Shown piece by piece: positions 34,501 through 38,792 of a DNA stretch of 38,792 nucleotides. Position 1 is the first letter of the stretch; each line of letters begins with the position of its first letter. Source of the DNA: Chrysochromulina tobinii (taxonomy: Eukaryota); NCBI GenBank assembly GCA_001275005.1, contig JWZX01003291.1:1-38792 (forward strand), given 5' to 3'. A program made the position numbers and the translations under genes. A model generated the notes under the pieces. The model saw only the letters and a program-made list of their open reading frames with translations, was not told where the DNA came from and ran no database searches.

Positions 34501-37500
34501 AGTCGGCGTCGCTGTCGTGGACATGGGACAAGTCGCGCAACGAGTTCGTGCGTGGCAACGGAAACAAGTTCAAGGTGCCGTTGGGTAGCTCACGAGAGGA
34601 CATCGAGCTCGCGCGTGCAATCACCTATCGATACCTGGGCATTGACTTCGACCCTGAGCTCGACGTGACCAAAGTGGAGGAGTCGTATCGCGCGCGGGCC
34701 AGCGCAATCATCACCATGATCAACAATCTTGGCGGCGGGTACTGCGACCAGCTCGCGCAGGCGGTGAATACGGTCGTACAGGGCGTTTTCATCTTCCCGG
34801 CGAGGACGATTCCTTTCACGGAGGTCGCGTCGAAGGCGCTCGACATCAAGGCGACTAAGCTGCTCTTCAACCACGGCAATCGCGCCAGGCACTCCAAGAT
34901 CGTGGGTGCTTACGTCGCAGGCAAGTATGGAGGCCTCGGGCTGCGACCGGGGCGGTCGACGATGGCGGCCGGGCTGCTCGACGAGATGGCGCGCGCCTGG
35001 GGTGGCCGACACGGCGAGCCCGCGCGTGCAGTTCGGCTCTCCTTGCAGACGGTCTTCGTGGCGAGCCTGGGCTGGGACGGGCCGTCGGCGGAGGCGCCGA
35101 CCGTCTTCGACTTCATCATCAACGAGCGATGGCTACCTTGTTTCAGGAGCGAGGTCCCGATGGAGGGCGTAGCGCTGCATATGGCACGGCTGGGACTGCG
35201 GTGGCGCGGCACGGGCGTTGACGAGTGCCGGCTGGACAAGCAACGCGCGATCGAGCGAGGAGTGTTGCCAGGTCGCAAAGTGCGCCTCATCGAGCTGCTC
35301 GGCGTGACGCCCTCGCTACGCCTGCACGGGCTGGGCATCAGCAGCCTCGATGAGCTACACGCTGGTGGCGGCGAGCTGCTCAGCGCTGAACGGATCGAGG
35401 TCATCTATGCGAGGCCCGGTTGGGCGTGGAGCGACGTGGACAGAGCGCATGTCCGACGGCTGCTGCGTGAAGTCGCCGGCAACGATCGCGCAAAGGTCGC
35501 GCTCGACGACTGGAGAGAGCACGGCGCGCCGATGGGAGGCGAGATCGCGCTTATTGAGCGGATCAACGTGGGGAGACGGAGTGCGCTGCGCATGTTCTCT
35601 CGTATCGTGGGGATTATGTGGTGCAAGGACGCAGAGGGCGGCCGGCCCGACGAGCGCTCCTATGAGGTGATCTTCTGCGGCGCTCGGCTGCGCGACGCAG
35701 TATGGCTCACCCGGGCGCAAGTGCTGGAGGGCGCGGCGAGGCGCGACGCCGCCACGACTGTGTGCAGCCCTGGCGAGCCCATCGAGATCGATGAGGTGAC
35801 CGCGTGGATGGACGAGGCTGACGCATCGAGGTGGGAGCCGAGCACTTTCAACCGCTTCCTGACGCGGCTTCGAGGGCCGCAAGGCGCGGCCGAGCTGCTC
35901 GCCAAGGCCAGTCGAGCGGCAGGGCTCAATCGCGACGCGGCGCAAGCTCGTGTCGAGCTCACTGACGTCCTGCTGCTGGACTACGCGGCGCTGAGAGCTA
36001 AAGGCGTGAGCGCCAAGGAGGTCAATCTTCGCGAGGATCGGATCGCTGATGAGGCGAGGAGGCACGAAGTCGAGGAGTACTCGACTGCGTGGACGATCAC
36101 GTGCACGGGCGCGCTGCGACAGGCTCACACAGTCGAGGAGCGTATGGGCGCCGTTCGGGCGATGCCCGTACCGACTTACGCCGACGGTGGCGCGGTGCCT
36201 GAGTCTGACGTGCAGGTCGCTTTCGACGGGGTGGCATGGAAGGCTGCCAAGGATAACGGCAGTCTTTGGAGCGGGTGGCGCGGTCCCAATCACAAGGTCG
36301 CTGAATTCGAACGCGCGCCCGCGGCGTTCGCGTCAGCTGTCACGCGCAGTTTCTCGCGAGCGTATGAGGCCGAACGTTCGCCAGAGGGCCTGACGTGCGT
36401 GAACGCGTACGGCGGGCTGCTGCAGATTCGTATTGCGCGCGATGAGGCTGCGCTCATCGCGAGCGATCTCAATCTGGCGCTGCTGCGCGAGATCGGCAAG
36501 ATCGAGATGGTCTGCAAGCAGCGCGGCCGGGGCGGCTTCAAGCTCGTGGCGGCTACTGATGGCGCTTACTGCAAGGCGAAGGCGCTCAGTGCGCGCGACG
36601 CGCTGCGGTACGAGCTGGCAAGCGATGCTGAGCGCGTGCAGCGCAAATTGCGAGCGCCTTACGAGCCGCCGCAGGTGGCTAGCGGCGTCTTTTACGGGCT
36701 GCAGGCTCCTGGGAGCGCCGTGCCGGTGGCTGAGGGCAGGCGGCTGCCGGCCGAGTTCGATAACAATCAGGCGGAGCTCGACGGCCTCATACTCGCGCTT
36801 CGTCGTCACGTGGCCTTGCTGACCGGCATCTCGGTCCACGAGGTCTTGCGGCGGCTGCTGCACGACTGCGAGTACGCCATCGGCCCGGCCGCGAGCGCTG
36901 ACGAGGGTGAGGACGAGCTTGATGCTATGTCGGCCCGCGATGGCGAGGCCGACACGAGCGGCCCGAGAGAGGCGCGCGATCTGCTCATCATTATCGACAG
37001 CGAGATCATCGCCAGCTTCTTTCAGCGGGCGTGGCGCAGGGGCGACATCAAGTGGCTGCGCGGCGAGACGTACGGCCTGCGCATGGAGGAGGCGATCCTG
37101 TTACGGATCTGGCTCAGGACGCTCGGCGCCGAGGTCCACACTCTACGGTTGAGCTCTCATTGCGGCTTCATCCCGAACGTCTGGGCTGACGCGATCGCCA
37201 ATGCCGCGCGGCTTTTGGACTGCGACGGCGAGCCGCCTCTCGTCGTGCGTCGCCCCTTGGCCTTTTTGTGTAAGGTCGGCGGCGACGGCAAGTCGTGGCG
37301 TGGACCGGGCGCGTCGCTACCGCGGAGCGCGTGCGGGATGGCGAGCTCATCAGCGGAGCTCGACGCGCGGACTTCTAAGGAGATTCGCGAGCTGAGCGAC
37401 ACTTGCGCGCTGCACAAGCTCGTCGAGAACGACGTCAAGGTGTTTCGCGCCTCACGGCAGGGTCGCGAGGCGCGCGACGAGATCGACGGGATCGTCTTTC

Positions 37501-38792
37501 TGCCCAGGTGCTCGCGGCACGCCCAACTCGGCGAGCAGCTTTTGGACAGCGACGCGAGCAAGCAGGCCAAGGGTCTTTTCGAGCAAGCGAGACACGAGCT
37601 GCGCAGCGTCGCCGACGGCGAGCTATCGGCTGAGCTCATCGAGGGACGGTTGTACGCTGCCCCGTTCTTTGACTACGTCGGGGTGGGGCTCGACGTGACC
37701 AAGGGCATGCAGATCTTCGACCGGCGCATTCAGACCCCGCTCTCTACGCAGAGGGGAGGCGGTTTCGGCGGGCCGCTCGAGCTCACGCGTGTGGGCATGC
37801 GGCACTTACTGCGCAACTTCACGCAGAGCGCGTTGCCCGAGCTGGGCGATGGCATCGACGACAGCGCGAGAGTCGCGGGCGAGACTCTGCCGCTGTGCAG
37901 GTGCCCGGTTTGTCGTCGGGAGTGCAGGTGCGACCTTTTTCATTTCTTCGAGTGCCCGCACGGGCTGAGCGAGGCAGCGAGGGTGGCTTGCTGCAGCGCG
38001 CTCGAGCAGCACGCGTCTATGATAGGTGCGCCGCGCGCCGGCGACGGCGAGGGCGAGGGCGACTTGCATTTGGAGCTGGCCTGGGCGAGGGTGGCCTTGC
38101 TTGCCGAGCGGCTGCCGGGTGAGCTTGGGCGGTACCGCAGGTATTTGGCCGCCAAGGCGCTCGCAGGCGCCTTTGCGTTGCCAGCGGCGTCTTCAGTGAA
38201 GGAGGCTGTCATGGACAGCCTTCGCGCCGGCGTGAGCGTGAGCACGGCAGAGGCCGATGAGGCTGACGACGGCGACGGCGACAACGGCGATACGCAGGAC
38301 GAGTGGGAGGAGGCGCGCCCGCCGGGCGAGTTCGACTACGAGCAGTGCGCAGGGGCGCGGCGCGATCTGCTCAAATGGTACGTCGGGAAGGCTATCGCGC
38401 TCAACACGGTTATCATCGACCACTTGCGCATCGAGTACAGCGCGTGGGTCGAATCGTTGCGGCGTGGGCATGCAGGGCTGCGTGGCGCATACGGAAGCGA
38501 CTACATGAGTCATTTCCTTGGCGGCAGGGAGCGAGTCTGCGATGAGCAGCTGCGTGGCACCTTCTTCCCGACCGACGGCAGCGTGGCCGTGCCAATGAGC
38601 CTCGCCGACTTCAAGGTTGGGCACAAGAGCGACGAGATGCGGCCGGGCCGCTTCGTGCGCATCGTGGGCGGCGAGACGATCGCGTGCACGCACGGCACCG
38701 CAGCGAGCAGGTACGAGGCGCAGGCTAGCAGGCGCGCGAGCGCCAAGGCGGCGGCGGATCTCGCAAGGGAGGAGGGCAGCTTCAGGTACGCG
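25560..38792 (+). CDS. Retrotransposon polyprotein, at least 4411 aa from the first ATG (at least 3823 aa from ATG 27324), truncated by the window
   Basis: Manual translation of frame +3 has no stop from 25356 to the window end, and the ORF track lists no frame +3 ORF here, which is consistent. True start uncertain (25560, 27033, 27123 or 27324). Confidence 0.88.
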   Translation, partial: MAPSAPPPLGRTTGARYRVGAPRRKWLGLAAPFSGIIHIHFFFQGATSQATNFGHFPFRTVQCNAASGPVDNRGGVGAARGLEWSPGTPSIGGNCRRFFTRARGPPTSSFTPFWARQGPVSYFEPVWGAKFHDRGRAGGVARWTMVTAAVGSSSFCSRSARCAPATTHGLAVARLQQELHFLTNNEARNATGRATRRGSSMLSMPAALEAQAGDQSRRGALASLLTMTSLTPFRVRQEIGFSFWTDFKKIGDRALRAWMAQRDERCGSLCGTAIAGCRRRNASGSEPRRLPQQPRRSKKSSMTSACATLRAMRPTRSVSAMSTARILTSCIEPRVCGALLGPSSSIKSDRGTPPRLPKGCATLLPQFINAVGLAATRSSTPAGRAQRPVNDRTAPSAKATDAPGRAAPLAGDPIDSCRGNVRWRTISFMAGGAWLIGPPVWAVALARDAPGLPARELRFWLSPGCKSSGSAVSKVLLRPPPRRLDAPLAGGMGGYRIGSSGRAPWHAPEGNLRGASVGGRTMRLMVRPHHTAGPPLLAAATDLPLLLHRHLDAPLAGGMGGHRIGSSGRAPWHAPEGNLRGASVGGRTMRLMVRPHHTARPPLLVASALLLSLLFLFGAGVAACRRSEPDVTPDELHKELRSIAQLLRLHHEKLLLMAKTAAAPGAFQASRDAIKVLGGREAKLIALLAAMPSTREVHEIRANVVQNFYADRDKLSSAIHDEVTKCRTLEAERRQPISHIGIAIICLSHLAGLVGVAWSAPSPPSSSPVLPSSSAYSSSYYYSSSSSSSPSSSASFSDSTRADPPSSVALIAPTLAGTFAYTLPTPPSSPPPSPPGSSSSSSSCSLTSSPARRVRRVRWPSGSPPPSPPPSPTGASDSSAAPSPPPSRTSSRPSSPKALTAASPAREAAHARRLSLQPARYVPAAFGRRSILATAAAAAQSSTIVTNGEPPATFVASAVWTGAIDGKVFKRGAFGVGYYDDGPIAACGEAIVGQRVGTALSFGAVSISMRPCQQDCDCARCIPRHADARRARFAGEAALPPPPLPTHRITVAGGNVNKTDVVEKTLAFAIRQLDGADKLTRPRDLLNAGLLKALSALGVHDGALDDYDALLALFHERQAVNRAAVGCAAAVVVAAAAATSRQANGAHSAAAAASERSRDDPEVVSVSAVAGLKRKVAAAVRTLGECTASSARAAAVAIGGLHAGSAFDKAAQERDAAAAVASMVAAAVTAEDRTRSAAAARVGSSHETQAEIGMRVYCKLELLEGQLPHEAWRLAVIRGLFFVGAGEVEAFVEFIVIGARWSLDDYPYVAEWSADALKTAAARERDRPALKQHNVTLGRMLAFVGLKAVVPPPRPALGVALNRLPSDTIAAVGATGDAGNAVTLIVYDGRAARATALHRVLQAYAYAAAGFATACLPTMWEWRTALCGSCSAAQWLVAHFLHSIGWSDVVDGLAASAALARFKRVLPWQMIADALADLCETDVCVSVQAPMTLGQIIGCTGKALGDELLREAMKLPLQLEQLRSDGTISAAVLDWWLRDAASFIVKSKYKFAEVLAARAAKQQPALPRLPPGACWMARQAKAYKMEVALSDAKFLLERLRREAKTKAEGIVPTSATAPRAVIEVQRRRACLVWNPGGVHVIDARADRRVGDRERAMQGKRRASGAGAQADVRDRELAAAIEREDEEDGGGDVGRGSALRFKGCDALEAIIDQVKSKDAHLLVLSETHLHGRAVDDVADYLGTRLGWQDLAKGRSGGAPEYVPCVVQAPAARGEWAGVLVAFDPTVFKKLDVQIVVPGRVLQIEFRMVDDSTNLTLFACYMPQANLPREVHDKAWGKLEEALLTVCGAYVIAGDLNAETATRLLKAHKINLSKGGVVKRPGETYLFKLMHGTSFLEFDQPTRVGREEYTHLHVVSAASKDAEGNLVEAVTSKHVIDHVLEGGCDGRVGGGETFTVKVGSEPNKQYHRALGFAIITTDTEEIVTSANRKPKLSKMPRVSSKPKTMSKTGSDKRDGAKLKKRLVTMANALPDRFEDGTGGLVDDAELGVDDSDLEEVLEGDGDADELIGWDAYKERAASASESAMKDWVAGREGACAEAMQQLVGQGRPIDERSRALARDEAAARYAATNGTCVEHLMQACMLVAREVIAAPQAAKGRKQSAGEVLRRKLDKYLAIEKEVEDLKITDIVFGYCGKIKGRWRTRESALTPELKQFFLRDAAPHAPGERKARELVLIRRRVDECVREVEEHRLTTRVDYVNEQLTILAARELGYARAAAEVIRAERRGLMSSKDKGPGGTLVALEDEATGLLLTGVARDKAVAAKVRSGNTPNLVCLESAGHLMDLCRIERGERRGGSTAQGSGAAFQVVEDAECRLGRQPRIARNRERVEACVRPPAGDFVVVGNARFPDEAHDGRVRYDGSRKGILGSPFRMGLDGRDENLRDLSCECYREWLETGGDAYAIAVAKCFPIECVAPGHGRICSADIEAEIESLVEIVVELDKRLVLECGCAPKRCHLACIAEKCNTLIRAKRALRSKQAADARDAGGAAACEQCGEGVVQEGGGAADADALLAKVVADAVAQKGDVSGFVEAGTAAQHHVTRDEESSGQRADEATHEGSRGAGHATEADSARERARERDAWHEELRSVIGATGASDGDKASAFDYWTGEYQLEFNESGDRCTDQRARALLQRLLTPERVLELTKLVKEKLATGLDEFNLVLVKQGGLELAKLFADACVEEVAVFSFPTSWTTWHATLIPKPGKDRCKLSGWREIWIQSHLWKLVVGAILPECAEVFARTRPWCNAGFEAGRGCPEQSAALRARLELHMRLRQPLHVYFQDYSVFFPSISRQLVAFILHELGVSTVSMQILREVQDQVMGAFKTAGGPTELAPMLRGEPIGGVESPLFSLPVAALVQRALETYVPGSPLPDRRELRVAALQLWYADDGALADAVEGIIQTAVDIMILLSEEILGLKVGHDTVEASKSASLSWTWDKSRNEFVRGNGNKFKVPLGSSREDIELARAITYRYLGIDFDPELDVTKVEESYRARASAIITMINNLGGGYCDQLAQAVNTVVQGVFIFPARTIPFTEVASKALDIKATKLLFNHGNRARHSKIVGAYVAGKYGGLGLRPGRSTMAAGLLDEMARAWGGRHGEPARAVRLSLQTVFVASLGWDGPSAEAPTVFDFIINERWLPCFRSEVPMEGVALHMARLGLRWRGTGVDECRLDKQRAIERGVLPGRKVRLIELLGVTPSLRLHGLGISSLDELHAGGGELLSAERIEVIYARPGWAWSDVDRAHVRRLLREVAGNDRAKVALDDWREHGAPMGGEIALIERINVGRRSALRMFSRIVGIMWCKDAEGGRPDERSYEVIFCGARLRDAVWLTRAQVLEGAARRDAATTVCSPGEPIEIDEVTAWMDEADASRWEPSTFNRFLTRLRGPQGAAELLAKASRAAGLNRDAAQARVELTDVLLLDYAALRAKGVSAKEVNLREDRIADEARRHEVEEYSTAWTITCTGALRQAHTVEERMGAVRAMPVPTYADGGAVPESDVQVAFDGVAWKAAKDNGSLWSGWRGPNHKVAEFERAPAAFASAVTRSFSRAYEAERSPEGLTCVNAYGGLLQIRIARDEAALIASDLNLALLREIGKIEMVCKQRGRGGFKLVAATDGAYCKAKALSARDALRYELASDAERVQRKLRAPYEPPQVASGVFYGLQAPGSAVPVAEGRRLPAEFDNNQAELDGLILALRRHVALLTGISVHEVLRRLLHDCEYAIGPAASADEGEDELDAMSARDGEADTSGPREARDLLIIIDSEIIASFFQRAWRRGDIKWLRGETYGLRMEEAILLRIWLRTLGAEVHTLRLSSHCGFIPNVWADAIANAARLLDCDGEPPLVVRRPLAFLCKVGGDGKSWRGPGASLPRSACGMASSSAELDARTSKEIRELSDTCALHKLVENDVKVFRASRQGREARDEIDGIVFLPRCSRHAQLGEQLLDSDASKQAKGLFEQARHELRSVADGELSAELIEGRLYAAPFFDYVGVGLDVTKGMQIFDRRIQTPLSTQRGGGFGGPLELTRVGMRHLLRNFTQSALPELGDGIDDSARVAGETLPLCRCPVCRRECRCDLFHFFECPHGLSEAARVACCSALEQHASMIGAPRAGDGEGEGDLHLELAWARVALLAERLPGELGRYRRYLAAKALAGAFALPAASSVKEAVMDSLRAGVSVSTAEADEADDGDGDNGDTQDEWEEARPPGEFDYEQCAGARRDLLKWYVGKAIALNTVIIDHLRIEYSAWVESLRRGHAGLRGAYGSDYMSHFLGGRERVCDEQLRGTFFPTDGSVAVPMSLADFKVGHKSDEMRPGRFVRIVGGETIACTHGTAASRYEAQASRRASAKAAADLAREEGSFRYA
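25985..27013 (+). CDS. Candidate ORF1 of the element (342 aa, acidic middle, Cys-rich C-terminal part), overlapping frame +3
   Basis: Frame +2 ORF with protein-like acidic stretches; its TGA lies at the start of the first 201-bp repeat; no gag knuckle or RRM recognised. Confidence 0.4.
   Translation: MDDGDGCGGQFFVLLEECALCSSNDSWSGSGTAAAGAPLPDQQRGKERDGPRDAAGLIDAEHASRAGGPGGRSIAPRSTREPSYYDEFDPLSGQTRDRFFFLDRLQEDRRSGAARMDGAARRAMRLAVRHGDRGLPTTECEWQRAAAAAAAAATLEEELDDERVRYFEGDAADSERERDEHGAYLDELHRAACLRRTSGSFFKHQVGSGHAATTAEGLRDAAAAVYQCRRSGCHTLVDAGRARAAARKRPNGSFCEGDGCAGPRCATRWRPDRFVPRQCAMAYNLFHGRRRLADWPARVGGGSGTRRSRASGARAALLALAWLQELGLCSFEGPPTSSSSAP
27008..27377 (+). repeat. Two near-identical 169-bp cores at 201-bp spacing (27008-27176, 27209-27377)
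   Basis: Only six differences, all transitions; the period is 67 codons and preserves frame. Confidence 0.95.
30444..31475 (+). other. APE/EEP endonuclease domain
   Basis: LVWNPGG (30456), LVLSETH (E at 30732), AGVLVA, CYMP, IAGDLNA (31113), VIDHVL, QYH (H at 31452). Confidence 0.9.
32742..33125 (+). other. DUF4326-like domain inside the polyprotein
   Basis: VVVGN...ILGSPFRMG...DENLRDLSCECYREWL...IESL...LVLECGCAPKRCHLACIA matches the recalled DUF4326 pattern LGNPF...R...Y..WL...LxCxCxPxxCH. Confidence 0.75.
33600..34945 (+). other. Non-LTR type reverse transcriptase domain
   Basis: LATGLDE (domain 0), FPTSW, LIPKPGKD, NAGFEAGRGC (2a), QDYSVFFPSI, GEPIGGVESPLF, WYADD (34374), GLKV, YRYLG, GGLG. 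Confidence 0.93.
36540..37205 (+). other. Ribonuclease H1-type domain
   Basis: ATDGA (D 36558), SGVFYG, NNQAEL (E 36774), IIDSE (D 36996), SSHCG..PNVWAD (H 37158, D 37188): the complete DEDHD set. Confidence 0.9.
37902..37955 (+). other. C-terminal CCHC zinc knuckle
   Basis: CPVCRRECRCDLFHFFEC (C-x2-C-x9-H-x3-C), at the position typical for LINE ORF2. Confidence 0.75.

Larger units (their letters stand above)
25553..38792 (+). mobile_element. Giant non-LTR retrotransposon (LINE-like; APE-RT-RNaseH-CCHC), 3' end beyond the window
   Basis: Ordered APE, RT (YADD), RNase H and CCHC motifs in one intronless frame; no LTR-type protease or integrase motifs seen; the 5' boundary is approximate. Confidence 0.9.

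Noticed and set aside
36174..36330. Second RNase H starting at TYADGG
   Set aside because: No convincingly spaced E, D, H and D residues follow; the real domain starts at ATDGA (36558).
37955..38792. Dualen-type restriction-like endonuclease after the CCHC knuckle
   Set aside because: No RH or PD-(D/E)xK motif is recognisable inside the window; it cannot be excluded downstream.

Overview
GC-rich, gene-dense nuclear DNA of a chlorophyll c alga. The LHC/FCP gene with a bipartite plastid-targeting leader, short spliceosomal introns and CTGATG/CATCAG intronic repeats point to a haptophyte, possibly Chrysochromulina-like (inference). Positions 1-25.5 kb hold ordinary host genes: a fucoxanthin-chlorophyll antenna protein, a large membrane/coiled-coil protein, a PH protein, a CDKL kinase, a bacterial-type UDP-galactopyranose mutase, UBA-PTH2, RAD51B, an MFS transporter, an EF-hand coiled-coil protein, a GCN5-like GNAT plus split-PHD protein, PLAC8, and a two-exon SEM1/DSS1 gene that the ORF track misses. 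The last 13 kb is one uninterrupted frame +3 reading frame (first ATG 25560, at least 4411 codons). It runs off the window with no stop, so it is absent from the ORF track. It encodes a giant non-LTR retrotransposon protein: long unknown N-terminus, APE endonuclease, a phage-type DUF4326-like domain, an RT with atypical DGR/retron-like motifs, a possible chromo-barrel, RNase H, a CCHC knuckle and a further C-terminal extension. Its 5' part carries a duplicated, probably structured 201-bp unit, and it begins next to an (AGTCA)5 tract 62 bp from the SEM1 start. All domain calls come from manual translation and motif recognition; no database searches were run.
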